Shown in pieces: positions 24,091 to 35,428 of a stretch of DNA of 64,000 bases. A program made the position numbers and the translations under genes. Source of the stretch: a virus. Below the pieces are notes generated by a model. That model was not told the DNA's origin. It did not search any database and saw nothing but the letters and a program-made list of their open reading frames with translations. The stretch is taken from IMG/VR virus record IMGVR_UViG_3300036766_000889; one strand, given 5' to 3'. How positions within the stretch are numbered: position 1 is the first letter of the stretch; each line of letters begins with the position of its first letter.

Positions 24091-25041
24091 ATGACATTAC
24101 CAAAATATCTATACGATCCAGACAATTACGTAGAAGTACTCGGTAACTTCAATAAAATTGGGTCGGCGGCTGTTACAGCCGCTTCACGTATATATTTATC
24201 GAAGGGAGGAGGGGCATTACTTCCTACGACGATCCCGGGTCTGGTTATTGCACACAACTGTTACTGGCTTCCATTATTCCATGCTTGGTTAGTAGACGAC
24301 ATAATGAAACCGGCAACAATTTTAATATCCGGATTTAACGGAGCCCAATCAACTTTATGGATTGACCCGTCCACGGCATTCTTCGGGATCTGGAATGACT
24401 CGATGTGGCAGTCTTCCCCGCCAACAGGGGCACAATTATTGTCGATGCCTGGGGCGGGAAGTTTTCGTACTTCCAATAACTTCGATTGGACTTTCCCAAG
24501 AGTAGTAGTTAAAGAAGTTTCCTTGTACGAACTCGCATCTTCAGCATCTTTTAACATAATAGATCCTATTGGAGCTTATACACCAAGCTTGGGACTTTTC
24601 ATGATGCCCCCTGGGGTACTCGGAGATTTTCCAGTCTCTCTTGATTATGCAACTTTCGCGTTGAGTGAAGGTTATTGGAACCTGCGAATTCCACAGGGCT
24701 CCGTATTAGGTTTGACGGTAGAAGTAATGGTTGATTTCGCTGGAGTCCTTGCAACAGCCAACACTGTCATAGCCTATGTTGGAACCAAAGGAGAAGTTCT
24801 TGGTACAGATCGAAAATGGACTCCTCCGTACAACGGCGGAACATCAGACATAACCATTCCCGTAGGAAATGTAGCATCGTTGGATAATGGAATTCAGATA
24901 TTGACAATTCCTTTATTATTCTTCGTTAGTAACTACACGAATGAATACTATTTGAGAATCCAGCACCAAAATACAGTTACAATTTCTAGGATTCTTGGTA
25001 TACGAGTTGTTTATCTGGAAGCTGGCCTTAGAGGGCTTTGA
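24091..25041 (+). CDS. Hypothetical protein, possibly a virion fibre/accessory protein
   Basis: 316-aa beta-rich ORF paired with DUF4376-like gene. Confidence 0.65.
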   Translation: MTLPKYLYDPDNYVEVLGNFNKIGSAAVTAASRIYLSKGGGALLPTTIPGLVIAHNCYWLPLFHAWLVDDIMKPATILISGFNGAQSTLWIDPSTAFFGIWNDSMWQSSPPTGAQLLSMPGAGSFRTSNNFDWTFPRVVVKEVSLYELASSASFNIIDPIGAYTPSLGLFMMPPGVLGDFPVSLDYATFALSEGYWNLRIPQGSVLGLTVEVMVDFAGVLATANTVIAYVGTKGEVLGTDRKWTPPYNGGTSDITIPVGNVASLDNGIQILTIPLLFFVSNYTNEYYLRIQHQNTVTISRILGIRVVYLEAGLRGL

Positions 25042-25047
25042 GGTGAT

Positions 25048-25665
25048 ATGATGGGTTTAGAAGAACATCCAAGTTTCCTCAAAATAGTGACAGACGATCA
25101 CCAATATACACTCGCACAAACTGCTAATGGTACGTTCAACGTTAACAAAATAAGCATTGATTTGCGTGCGTCCGGTATTACACAGTTACCACAAACGATA
25201 GGGATATCAAGTACATCTGTGACGTTTCGTTTTTCGGCTCCACTAAGTGTACCTGATAAAGACAGGCTCAACGCCGTAGTGGCCTCTCATACAGGCAATG
25301 GAACTTTGCTGGAACTTGCAAAAAGAACGAAGTCATTGTATGTTGATCAACGTACTACCGGTTTAATAGAACGTGGCACATTCGTTTACGATACTAAACA
25401 ATTCTCGACATCAAAGACAGCTCAGTTCAACACACACGTAATGTGGACACGTCGCAACGAATCTAGTTTTTCCTACCCTGTCGTGCGCGCAACGAAGGAC
25501 AACTTGTCAACAACGTCACTCGCAGACGCCACGGCAGTTGAAGCATTTTATGATGCTTCAGAGTCAGCAGTGCGTAGTATTCTAGACGCCGGTAACGCGC
25601 TCAAGACTCAAGTGAATGCCGCTACAACGGTAGAAGAAGTGAACGCCGTTATTGATAACCGCTAG
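25048..25665 (+). CDS. DUF4376-like tail-fibre-associated protein
   Basis: C-terminal ALKTQVNAATTVEEVNAVIDNR; paralog of 54726..55313. Confidence 0.65.
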   Translation: MMGLEEHPSFLKIVTDDHQYTLAQTANGTFNVNKISIDLRASGITQLPQTIGISSTSVTFRFSAPLSVPDKDRLNAVVASHTGNGTLLELAKRTKSLYVDQRTTGLIERGTFVYDTKQFSTSKTAQFNTHVMWTRRNESSFSYPVVRATKDNLSTTSLADATAVEAFYDASESAVRSILDAGNALKTQVNAATTVEEVNAVIDNR

Positions 25666-25673
25666 TTCGATAA

Positions 25674-26006
25674 TCATTCACACCCTGCGACGAAGAGCGA
25701 CGGCCCGCCATGGTGCGCGACTTGCGCCGCGTCGATAGCGCACGCCATCTCTTCCATGCCGCTCGCTCCGCCGTCACCGTGATTCCAAGCTTCGATCACA
25801 CCAGCAAGCGCCACCTTCAGCCGCGAGATCTCTGCCAGCGCGGCGTCACGCTCGCGCTCCGCATACTCGCCGCTCTCATAGAGCAATTGCGATTGCAGTT
25901 TTGAGAGGTCTAGCGCCTTGGTCAGCCGCGAGATCTCCTCCCGCGCTTCGTCGAGTTCACGGTGTGCGGACCGTAGTAGAGCAGTTTTATACTCACCGTC
26001 GATCAT
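25674..26006 (-). CDS. Coiled-coil hypothetical protein
   Basis: Repeated EISRL segment; GC-rich. Confidence 0.7.
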   Translation of the reverse strand: MIDGEYKTALLRSAHRELDEAREEISRLTKALDLSKLQSQLLYESGEYAERERDAALAEISRLKVALAGVIEAWNHGDGGASGMEEMACAIDAAQVAHHGGPSLFVAGCE

Positions 26007-26029
26007 CCTAGACCCATTCCATAAACATA

Positions 26030-26689
26030 CTAATTAAACGAAAAATACACCGAAGCTAGTAAACTTGATTCAAACCCATCATATATCAGTGAATACCCAA
26101 CGTACGGTCCGAAATTCTTTGTAAGATCGTAACCAAGTCCACCGCCACAAGAGTTCACACCAGTGTATAAAGCAGCGTTCAAGTCATCAATGTGGAAAAA
26201 GTCCCATCCAATGCCAGCATCAAAAATTCGCTTTTGTTTTTCGTCGAGTGTTTTGATAGCTTGAGGAAAGAAAAGTCCAACTTGTGCTCTGACCCTTAGG
26301 CGAAACATCGGATCAGGAGGCTCTGGGCGGTAATGAATTTGCGTTTGCAAGGTCATACCCATTTCACGTTCCAGTGTTTTCCCGATTTTAAGCTTGAACC
26401 TAATCGGATTTGCTTGACCGCCGTTCGTGTAAACTCGACCCTTCCAGTCCTGGATAATCGTTATCTTGTCATCAGTCGTGAGAACGGCAGGCGACTGATG
26501 AATGTCATCAAGTTCTTGAAGAGCACTCTTGATGTCACTGAGTTGCTCTTTCGTTATGCACCTTCCACCGGGTGGAGGTACACACTCTTGTACGGGAGCC
26601 GCTGATTGTACGGGGTCGACTGGCTGCGGTTCATCCGCGAATGCTAATGACGGGATAAGAAGAGCGACTACAAAAAATAATATCTTCAT
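26030..26689 (-). CDS. Secreted protein with beta-barrel-like C-terminus
   Basis: Signal peptide (AFA/D); alternating beta-strands ending SVYFSFN. Confidence 0.65.
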   Translation of the reverse strand: MKILFFVVALLIPSLAFADEPQPVDPVQSAAPVQECVPPPGGRCITKEQLSDIKSALQELDDIHQSPAVLTTDDKITIIQDWKGRVYTNGGQANPIRFKLKIGKTLEREMGMTLQTQIHYRPEPPDPMFRLRVRAQVGLFFPQAIKTLDEKQKRIFDAGIGWDFFHIDDLNAALYTGVNSCGGGLGYDLTKNFGPYVGYSLIYDGFESSLLASVYFSFN

Positions 26690-27189
26690 CCGAGATCCTT
26701 TAAGATCTTCTTAGTGTCTACACCTTTATCATGATTCGTGACTTCGTAAGTCGACGGAGCTATTAAAACAATCTGCTTGACGTCCTTGTTTTTCACGCCC
26801 GTAGGAAGCTTGATTGTCACATCTGGCTTACCGGGCTGAACGACCGTCACCGTATTTGGATCAGACAAAATGGATGGTGGTTTAATCGGGACGACAACAG
26901 GAGCTTGAACCCAACCTTTATCATCAGACTGACCGGGTTGGATGATTTGACCGGTCTCCGGGTCTTTACGTTCCGGTGGAGGTGTTGTTACAATAACATT
27001 CGGGTCATGCGTATTTTTATTCCACAACCACCCGAGAAGTCCACCGATTTGTACCTTCTTACCAAGGAACATCATCGCACCAGCTCCAACCACGAGCAAC
27101 ACTGTTGCTGCGGTGGCGAGCGGGTATCTGATCAAATAAGAAAAAGATACTTTTAACACACCATTAACCCATCCAAACAATTTATTCAT
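26686..27189 (-). CDS. Membrane-anchored Pro-rich protein
   Basis: N-terminal TM; ATGA overlap with next gene. Confidence 0.7.
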   Translation of the reverse strand: MNKLFGWVNGVLKVSFSYLIRYPLATAATVLLVVGAGAMMFLGKKVQIGGLLGWLWNKNTHDPNVIVTTPPPERKDPETGQIIQPGQSDDKGWVQAPVVVPIKPPSILSDPNTVTVVQPGKPDVTIKLPTGVKNKDVKQIVLIAPSTYEVTNHDKGVDTKKILKDLG

Positions 27190-27363
27190 TGGATAACCTT
27201 TATTGAATTACAATTAAAGATTTCCGATCCTATAAACGAGACTCTTCAACCATGCCATGAACGTTGGCTTCGATTCAGAAGTTTTCGTATTGGGATTATT
27301 CATTATGTGTATAATTTACAATGATGTACATTCTGAATCGAGTGAAAGGTATATCATGACACA

Positions 27364-30348
27364 TCAAAAAACAAAATAGCGCTTAACGCTACCAAGCAGT
27401 ATACGTGAAGTAAGAGAAGAGTCAAACCCTAGGGATATGAACTTGTAAACATCAACAGATCCTACAGCATCTGAAAGCCACCCATCGTTCGGATTTTCCC
27501 ATATGATGGACGGACCCCAAGCACTAGGACCAGGAGTAACTTGAGCTCCTGCAAGAGTATGACTTATTATAACTTCGAAGTCATCACCAATCGTGTACGT
27601 CAAATTCGTAGACATATCGATCAGATTAACTAAGCATGCAACTCCAATATTAAATATGAATCGATCAGACCCTTCTACACAAACAAGTGAAAGAGGTCCG
27701 GCCGCTAGGATATTCACATAAGGAACCGGAGTGCCTCTCCTAACAGATTGGGCCTTGAGAGGCGACAACATGAAGTTAACTGCGCCAGTCGGGAGGGGCT
27801 TAGTCAAATAAGTCGGACTAGAATATGTAAAATATGGAGTTGAGTCCCAACCGGTCCAGGGGGCGTCGTTACCGGGCTCTTTCAAAGAAATACGGAAAGA
27901 CGGGAGACCGAAAAAAGAATAATCATCCAAGACAGTAGTTGCAGCACCTATTCCAGGAACATCTTTATTCCAGTTACCAAGGTTATCTAGATACGCATTT
28001 ACGGTGTCAATAGAAGACGATCCTGTTGTAGATGCAAAATAATACGATCTCAATGCAGTTGAAGTTGCTGTAAGATTCAAACCCTGCGTTACTAGTGAAA
28101 ACGTTGAGTCTTTCAGATTAATTTGAATACGAGGAACGTAAACGTTCTGTTCAAGACTCTCGTGGAAAGGGTCTCCAAGACTGAAAAGAGGAGTACCAAC
28201 TCGTGGAACACCAGACGATATGTCTGACGGAGAAATCGTAACAGGGCTTGTCCAGTCAAATTCAGTCCACGAAGTGTTGAGAGCAGCTGGACGAGTAGAA
28301 TATTGAGTCGTACCCTCCCATACGAGAATTCTCGTAGCGACGAGTCCCGCCACGTCTTTCGTGTAATTCGTTCCGTCGTATGTAGCGTTCCACGTTTCAA
28401 TAGTAATTCCTGGCGTATTCCCAAATTGATAGAGACGTGTCCTAACCTGATTATTTCCCAGGATGGACGTTGTTTCCAATAAAAGAGTCGGACCTAAAGA
28501 TAAATTAAACGAAGCCGTAACACGAGGCTTTAACTGATCACTAGCGCTACCGGTCAGTTGTTTCCCGAGATCCAGTTGTCCGACAGCCATGAATGGGAAA
28601 TGCTTCGGAATAATATTCGGAATGATCAGACCATCAGGACCGATAACCGGAGAAGAACCAAAATTCGACGTACCTCCTAGTGGGTTTATGGGAGGAAAAT
28701 CGTTTATTGACAAGAATTGTTGAACAATAGTATCCGTCCCATTAGGGACTTCACCGAGTTCCATCATTTCAGGAATCAGCGTATGAACGAACGGAGCAGG
28801 GGTCGGTTCGACACCGAGAGTAGAAACACTTGAAACGGGACTAGCACTAAATCCGAGCTTTGACATCACTGGTGCAAGCCCAGTAATTGTTATGGACGAG
28901 TTTTCAATATGGCTGGGGTTAGAGAAAACAATTTCATCGTTTCCGTACAGAGCAGCTATGCTACTGCCCTTAAAGGTTCCAGGAACGAGTCCAATCTTCT
29001 CGAGGGTGACCATGTAGTCAGCCGGTGATGAACCTCCTGGATTTCCCGGGTAAACAGTCAACGTTGAACCAGGCCCCGATGTATCAAGGCTCTTGATCAC
29101 CACTTTCAACTGATTGGTGATAGGGTCTATTACCTGAACAGCTTGACCCGCCGCACCAGCACCAACAATGGCGGCTTGAATGAAAGCGACTAGTTCACTA
29201 ACAGTAACAACACTTGGACCGGGGGTGAATTGAATTGGGAGCATCGTCTGGAAAGAAATGAAGAATGATTCAGATATTCCGAAAGAGTAAGGACCTGATA
29301 ATTCTGATTTTACGGTGGCCGCACCAGCCATGTACCCAGTGTCAATGAGTGTTCGGTTATTCCATTGGGTGTTAACCAGGTTTATTACACTTTGAGGGGA
29401 TGTAGGTACTGGTGAGAAGGTTACGGGAACATTCTGATTCAACCCTCGAACCGGGTCGAATATGTTAATTGTTACCGTATCAGCAGCGAGAAGGGAAGAG
29501 AAATCAGACCTATATGTAATGAGACTTGGACGAAGGAACCCTTTCCGAAAGAAAGACAGTTCGAATCTTTCGCCATTGATGTGGGGTCCGGGAAACTCAC
29601 GGAGGCGTGCGTACACCGGCTGTGCTGGTGGAACCTCTTCCGTATATCGAAGGTATCCGAGAGGCGCGGGGAAAGTTATGAGTGCCGTGTTGAAGGTTAC
29701 GGCCGGAGTCTGGTCGTCTCTCCGAAGGGATACATGCCCACCGAGACCATCTCTAGAAACGGTGATAACTCCCCGTCTCGGAGCCGTTATTCCATTTGAC
29801 ACAGATGGGCTCGTAGCGAACCCTAACTTCGTGAGGGTTCCTATCGTGACATCTGTTATCGTGACGAATGCTTCATCGCTGTATGTCCTACCCAGTGTAT
29901 CTGCACTGGTTAGGACAAGTTGACCTTTGATATTTTCCGCAACAGGTGTTGAAACACCAAATGGGCCCAGAGCCGTATTGATCATCGAGGCAACTCTCGA
30001 TGTTGTCAAAACCGGGTTGCCACTTATATTTACAATATCGGATACCAAAACGGTAACGGTAACCGGGTTCCCAGAATTAACTCCAGGAAGAATAATGGTG
30101 AAGCTATGGCCAACCGCAATGTTAATGAACGGCCCGAACCCTCCGTATAAAATGGCAGGAGCTGATTCATCAGCACCGTTTACGAGGCCGGTTACGGACT
30201 GTGCAAGAAATTCATCATATGATTGTGGCGGATTTAAGTTTATTAAATTCTGTACATCAGAACCGCCAAACTTAACGGAGCCTACCATGTCCATACGAAC
30301 GGACTTGGTTTTTAAATCCTTGATCTGATGTTTGCGCGGTTGTGTCAT
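27364..30348 (-). CDS. Virion structural protein (tail/baseplate)
   Basis: 994 aa, G/S/T/P-rich, in morphogenesis cluster. Confidence 0.7.
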   Translation of the reverse strand: MTQPRKHQIKDLKTKSVRMDMVGSVKFGGSDVQNLINLNPPQSYDEFLAQSVTGLVNGADESAPAILYGGFGPFINIAVGHSFTIILPGVNSGNPVTVTVLVSDIVNISGNPVLTTSRVASMINTALGPFGVSTPVAENIKGQLVLTSADTLGRTYSDEAFVTITDVTIGTLTKLGFATSPSVSNGITAPRRGVITVSRDGLGGHVSLRRDDQTPAVTFNTALITFPAPLGYLRYTEEVPPAQPVYARLREFPGPHINGERFELSFFRKGFLRPSLITYRSDFSSLLAADTVTINIFDPVRGLNQNVPVTFSPVPTSPQSVINLVNTQWNNRTLIDTGYMAGAATVKSELSGPYSFGISESFFISFQTMLPIQFTPGPSVVTVSELVAFIQAAIVGAGAAGQAVQVIDPITNQLKVVIKSLDTSGPGSTLTVYPGNPGGSSPADYMVTLEKIGLVPGTFKGSSIAALYGNDEIVFSNPSHIENSSITITGLAPVMSKLGFSASPVSSVSTLGVEPTPAPFVHTLIPEMMELGEVPNGTDTIVQQFLSINDFPPINPLGGTSNFGSSPVIGPDGLIIPNIIPKHFPFMAVGQLDLGKQLTGSASDQLKPRVTASFNLSLGPTLLLETTSILGNNQVRTRLYQFGNTPGITIETWNATYDGTNYTKDVAGLVATRILVWEGTTQYSTRPAALNTSWTEFDWTSPVTISPSDISSGVPRVGTPLFSLGDPFHESLEQNVYVPRIQINLKDSTFSLVTQGLNLTATSTALRSYYFASTTGSSSIDTVNAYLDNLGNWNKDVPGIGAATTVLDDYSFFGLPSFRISLKEPGNDAPWTGWDSTPYFTYSSPTYLTKPLPTGAVNFMLSPLKAQSVRRGTPVPYVNILAAGPLSLVCVEGSDRFIFNIGVACLVNLIDMSTNLTYTIGDDFEVIISHTLAGAQVTPGPSAWGPSIIWENPNDGWLSDAVGSVDVYKFISLGFDSSLTSRILLGSVKRYFVF

Positions 30349-30383
30349 GATAAAGTCAAAGTGCTGGGCCGTCCTGTAAGGTT

Positions 30384-33300
30384 CTAAAAGGTCAAGTAAA
30401 ACAGCTCTAATAGGTCCCCAAGGACCACAGGGTCAAAAAGAGGCGGGTCGGGGATGTAGACCAAATTCTGATTGGTCGGACCACCAATAGTACAACTCGT
30501 CCCGTACGTTATTTTCACACCGTTCAAGAAAAATTGAACCGCAGTCGGATCAAGTGGCCTCTTACTAAGAGTGAAATCAGTTTGACCATTCGATGTAACA
30601 AGGAGAGTTTCTTGTACTTGTGATAGCAGCGGAACATCGCCTGAACCGTAGAATAGCGGATCGTCATAAATTTTATTGACAAAAACCGGTTTTTCAGACG
30701 GCTGAATAGAAGTGTCAACAAAACCGCGTCTCTTCTCAAGCGGACGTCCGAGAAGACGAAATCGGTCAGCAGCTGTAAATCCCTCGTTAGCTCCCGAAGC
30801 AGAGTGGGCAATCTCGGTATCGCGGAAATAAGCCGGGACTGCTTGTGTCACAACAACCATTTGCAGCTCAGAGCCCATATGAATTTCAGCCATTCCGACT
30901 GATTCCGGTTGAGACCGAACTAGGTATGCGTTAGCAAGAAGAACAGAGCCAACCTCAGAATTCGGTCTAGCCTTTTGGAACTTGGAAGAGATCACTCCAC
31001 CCGGCCATGGTCCAGTAGTCGAATACGCGGCCCCTCCACGGGTCGTCTTAAAGATTGCCGTATCCGTCGGGTTTTGAGTCCCATCGACTTTTACGATTGA
31101 CTCCATTCCAACCCCTGCAGATCCAGAGGTATTGCCGCAAATGAATTCAGTCCCCTCCCATGTAGAAGCTCCAGCTGCTCCTTGATTGGTGGATGACTCA
31201 TAATTCACATTGGAAAGAGTTCCCATGGACGAAGCTCCGACATTACTGAAGCTCCTCTGTTGCCAAAGAGTCTTACCACAGAAATCTTTGTCTCTGAAAT
31301 AAATACCAAGTGGTAGGTTAACGGTGCAACCAGCAAACTCTTGATGGACATCGTTATCATATCTCTCTGACAAGCCATGAAGAGCGAGTGGAGGACGAGT
31401 CGCAAGAGATGCTGGGTTTACAGGGAATTTTGGAGTCGACCAGTCTTCATACCCAACTCTGTTAACGGAAAACCTGCGCCAAAGGTCCACAGGACTTCCC
31501 TGATAATCAGGCGGGTTATTCGGGGCTTCAAAATCGTTCAAAAGAGGAAGAGGAACCGACCCGGAAAGTCGTCCCGTACCTAACGATGTAACGAAAGACG
31601 TTGAAGCCAAAACTTCGAAACCAGTCTTATTTGGCATCGTAAGGGATGCGACCGGCACGAGTGGACTAGCAGCAATTCCTGTGGCTTCACCAGGCGTCAG
31701 GGGTCCGAGTCTGTATAGGTCATCTGAGTACGCACTTTGGGTTCCGAACACATCGCCTTGATATGGCGCACGACTGTAATAAACCGTGAGTTCATTGTTC
31801 GAAGCGTCTGCAGATAGCGGTGCTGGTGAGATTAGACCAACTCCGTTACTCTCATGGCCCGTCGTAACGTCATCCGTGAAACTTTCTATTGCAAGAGACC
31901 CAGCTCCACCAGAAAGTTTCGTAATGCAAAGACGTCCGTTTGTCTGCAAGAACCCACGATCGAAACCGAATAGTGTGCACTCAATCAAGAAATCCGTGTT
32001 ATCGAATGTCGTTCCGGTAGGAGCTTTTGCAAAGTCAATGATGTCGGCTGACATAACAAATGTCATGTCGCCGTTAACATCAACGTCAAGAAGAACTGAT
32101 GGTCCGTCATACGAGTCTCTCATGAGATTCACGTTTGAACCAACGAGACCCGTGAATATACGGTCGTTATTAAATGGGCTAGAAACGGGGGTGTAAGACC
32201 CCGCACCGACACCAGGGGCCCTAACATAAATGCCAGTAATTCGGGCGGGAGCCAAAAACGGAGGGAAACGAATCCCCTTGAAGACACCGCCCGTAGAAGA
32301 CGTTAACGCAGAGTTTGAATATTTTTCACCAAAAACGGTGATGGATCCAGCTGCTTGACCATATGTCTCTCCGACTCTCGCATTTGCGATATAAAAGCCA
32401 GGAGATGCGGACGGATAAGCAACAAAATCTTGATTATAACCTGACGTGGTCTGGTTTGGACCTTCAAGTGACACCATCAAGAAGTTGATTCCACTCGGGA
32501 AAACGGTGTTTGACACCGGCTGAATCGGAATATGATGAAGACCCTGCTTCGGTAGATACTCGAGAGGTATGTCAACATATCTGGTCTCGAGTCCGTTCAT
32601 GAACAGATCGAGTGGGTCAACGACCGGATGAACGATAGACGATCCGTCCTGACTAAGGAGTGGCATAGCACCTTGAGCAACAGACCACACATCATTGCCT
32701 GTGTCCGTTACGGCCGCACCATTTGTAATAACGACACTCGTAGGTGAAATGTAAGACGCAATAACCCAGGATCCATTGTTTGTCAGCTGAGATGAATTAG
32801 AAATATTTAAACTAACGCCAACTAGTCCAGGATACACGCCAGTCAAACCGGTAACAGTGACTGTTGGCCCGACCACAGTAATTGTCGCAGCAGTCCCGGA
32901 CAGGAACCAATTGAGAATTGATCCGTCACGACATAGTAACGCAGGGAGGACTAAACTGCGATATGGAGCTACATATAATGTCTTGGATCCTGGATCAATC
33001 ATGACCTCTGAAGTTTTTGCCAGATTTCTGTTATTACCTGTCTGTACGTAAGGTGAATCGCCAAGGTACGTCGGAATCATGCGGGATCGATCAGAAAGAC
33101 CACCACGAAGCATGACCTTTGAGGAGTTTGTCGGTGAACCCCTGTACTGAGCTGCGTGTATGTAGTCAGGCTTATGAGAAAGACCGCGACCACCGCCATA
33201 AACCACAGCGAACTCGATGTGCATTGATAATTTAGAAGCGTACGTAGAATCGACACTTGCTTGCATGGCGTACACGAATTCGTTGAGAACCGTGTCAACA

Positions 33301-35288
33301 GCGCCACTCTGGAACAGGATTACCATGTTCCCATTCGCATCGAACGAAACATTGATTCCCTGGTTATGCTTGAGAATCGGAAGAGTACCCGATGGAGGCG
33401 AAACCGAAAGATTTGGATTCGAAACAGTCGGGTCTAGAGATAGATCTGATGTACCACCATTTGGGTCGTACGTCATTCCTTCAAAACGAATTAGAACGGC
33501 GTCTTGATCCTCTGATGGAGAAACAAATCGAACTTGGTCAGTGTCACTACCGGGCAATCCCTTACGGAAATTCTGAACCAAAACTGTGATTCGATCGCCG
33601 TTCCACCATGCAGGGTATGAACCGGCCATGGTGGTGTAAAGACGTTGCGACGGACCGTGTGTAGGCGGGTTTCCGGTCCAAAGGACCGAGATATCATACG
33701 GAGCAATGCTTTTTTGCTGCGGATTATTCAGAGGTACGGAGTTAGTCGGAACGGTGACAGGAACGTTGAATCTCTGGACGGTAACAGCATCTGAATAAAC
33801 CCGCCTGTTCCCATCCGGGGCATCGAGTCTAGTTAAACCGCCAACGAATATCGTTGAATCTGTTACGCGGTCACCATATAAGATAACGGGACCTGAAGAA
33901 TTTGTAGATCCATAACGCTTCCATGCTGTTCTGAGGTTTCCCTTCAGAAGTTCCATGAAATTTGTTTTCAGAATACTGTCATAGTCAAATTTCGAAGCAA
34001 CTGAGTGACGGAGATCAAGAATATCAGTTGCTGCTATCTGGTCTGAGTACAGTCCGTCCGGACGGACTGTGTACGGAACTAAAGCGGCTCCGGTCAGGTG
34101 ACTTCGTACAGTCGTTTGAACTTGTCCGCGTTCAATGATTATCGTAAACTGAGTCGGAGATACGGCGATAATGTTAGCAACGCGAATAACTTCATCATCA
34201 ATTTTGAAATATGCTTCAGCAAATGAATTCATCGTGGCTAGACTAGTGCCAGTGATGCTTGTAAGAGTAAATTGGGTGTCAGTGCTTGCAATGTCAGCAA
34301 GCAGGTTAACTCCAGCTATATACTTAGTCGCGTTATTTCTGGTTTGAGCTTTACTATTTCGGTTGAAAGCTCCAGCTACGTTGCCGACATCAGAAAACCC
34401 TGCGCTGTTCCTACGAAAAACAGCACATAACGGGATTGCGTATACATACCCGTCAACAGTTCCGAAAGTAGATGGGTCCCCGGTTCCAGATCTCCAAAGA
34501 CCTGGATCCCCGAGTTCCTGTCTCATATTTTGGAAAGGAATCGCTGACGGAACCTGAAGCATTCCTTGAGCGAAAACGAGAGATGGGTCAAAGCCTTCAG
34601 GGTATTGCGAAATGCCAATATCCGTAACAACACGAATGCGATATTGTATCTGAATTCTTTTTGTCGTCGCAGCGTTTAAGTCTGGATCAACAAGGTCATC
34701 GTGAAGGTATGAAAAACCACCTTCTACATTTCCGAACTTGTAAATGAAGCCGCGTATCGGTTTTCCAGGAGCCGCATTTGGCGGTGCCGGGTCAACTTCA
34801 ATTCGAGCAAGCCAGACCTCGAGAAAAACGAATTCTGACCGGTTGCCACCGGTAGAAGAGGTCGGTGGATTCAGAAGAATCTTATTCCACGAGTCAACGT
34901 CATTCGCGGCAAGCGGTGGAGCGCCAGTTCTGGTTCCCGTAACGGGTATAAGCCACCCGTTTACAGCGGCCCATGTAATATTACGGGTTTCACCAGGGGT
35001 ATTTCGACCGAAATAAAATAAATTTGAGTTTTGAGGATCTGTGAAGAAATCCGATCGAGGATTGGCTTCGTCCATAAGCCAACCAGATGCCATCTCAGAT
35101 CGAACGGCTTCCGCTCTGGCTTCTAGCTCAATCAGGGATATTAGATTGAGTTCAGAGTCAAGAGGGGGCCTTCGTGCCTGGAATATTACCCCAGCAAGTT
35201 GCTTATCCCTGTTATCAGTGTACCTCGACACGCCGGGGCCAAGTGGGTTGGTAGGCATTATACCACCCCCGAAACTAAGTTCTGACAA
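30384..35288 (-). CDS. Large virion structural protein
   Basis: 1634 aa; N-terminus paralogous to 39058..42144; likely start at MPTNPLG (35258). Confidence 0.75.
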   Translation of the reverse strand: MSELSFGGGIMPTNPLGPGVSRYTDNRDKQLAGVIFQARRPPLDSELNLISLIELEARAEAVRSEMASGWLMDEANPRSDFFTDPQNSNLFYFGRNTPGETRNITWAAVNGWLIPVTGTRTGAPPLAANDVDSWNKILLNPPTSSTGGNRSEFVFLEVWLARIEVDPAPPNAAPGKPIRGFIYKFGNVEGGFSYLHDDLVDPDLNAATTKRIQIQYRIRVVTDIGISQYPEGFDPSLVFAQGMLQVPSAIPFQNMRQELGDPGLWRSGTGDPSTFGTVDGYVYAIPLCAVFRRNSAGFSDVGNVAGAFNRNSKAQTRNNATKYIAGVNLLADIASTDTQFTLTSITGTSLATMNSFAEAYFKIDDEVIRVANIIAVSPTQFTIIIERGQVQTTVRSHLTGAALVPYTVRPDGLYSDQIAATDILDLRHSVASKFDYDSILKTNFMELLKGNLRTAWKRYGSTNSSGPVILYGDRVTDSTIFVGGLTRLDAPDGNRRVYSDAVTVQRFNVPVTVPTNSVPLNNPQQKSIAPYDISVLWTGNPPTHGPSQRLYTTMAGSYPAWWNGDRITVLVQNFRKGLPGSDTDQVRFVSPSEDQDAVLIRFEGMTYDPNGGTSDLSLDPTVSNPNLSVSPPSGTLPILKHNQGINVSFDANGNMVILFQSGAVDTVLNEFVYAMQASVDSTYASKLSMHIEFAVVYGGGRGLSHKPDYIHAAQYRGSPTNSSKVMLRGGLSDRSRMIPTYLGDSPYVQTGNNRNLAKTSEVMIDPGSKTLYVAPYRSLVLPALLCRDGSILNWFLSGTAATITVVGPTVTVTGLTGVYPGLVGVSLNISNSSQLTNNGSWVIASYISPTSVVITNGAAVTDTGNDVWSVAQGAMPLLSQDGSSIVHPVVDPLDLFMNGLETRYVDIPLEYLPKQGLHHIPIQPVSNTVFPSGINFLMVSLEGPNQTTSGYNQDFVAYPSASPGFYIANARVGETYGQAAGSITVFGEKYSNSALTSSTGGVFKGIRFPPFLAPARITGIYVRAPGVGAGSYTPVSSPFNNDRIFTGLVGSNVNLMRDSYDGPSVLLDVDVNGDMTFVMSADIIDFAKAPTGTTFDNTDFLIECTLFGFDRGFLQTNGRLCITKLSGGAGSLAIESFTDDVTTGHESNGVGLISPAPLSADASNNELTVYYSRAPYQGDVFGTQSAYSDDLYRLGPLTPGEATGIAASPLVPVASLTMPNKTGFEVLASTSFVTSLGTGRLSGSVPLPLLNDFEAPNNPPDYQGSPVDLWRRFSVNRVGYEDWSTPKFPVNPASLATRPPLALHGLSERYDNDVHQEFAGCTVNLPLGIYFRDKDFCGKTLWQQRSFSNVGASSMGTLSNVNYESSTNQGAAGASTWEGTEFICGNTSGSAGVGMESIVKVDGTQNPTDTAIFKTTRGGAAYSTTGPWPGGVISSKFQKARPNSEVGSVLLANAYLVRSQPESVGMAEIHMGSELQMVVVTQAVPAYFRDTEIAHSASGANEGFTAADRFRLLGRPLEKRRGFVDTSIQPSEKPVFVNKIYDDPLFYGSGDVPLLSQVQETLLVTSNGQTDFTLSKRPLDPTAVQFFLNGVKITYGTSCTIGGPTNQNLVYIPDPPLFDPVVLGDLLELFYLTF

Positions 35289-35428
35289 TCAAATTCCATG
35301 TCTAAAATCTCTTTCATCGATTTCTCGTTCCCTGAGAACCGGATTAACGCCATATCTTAGCCAGTTTCAGGGTTCTAAACAGTTTTTCACATAAGCATCT
35401 TAGATGCTGTTTACCATACTATCGTGGT

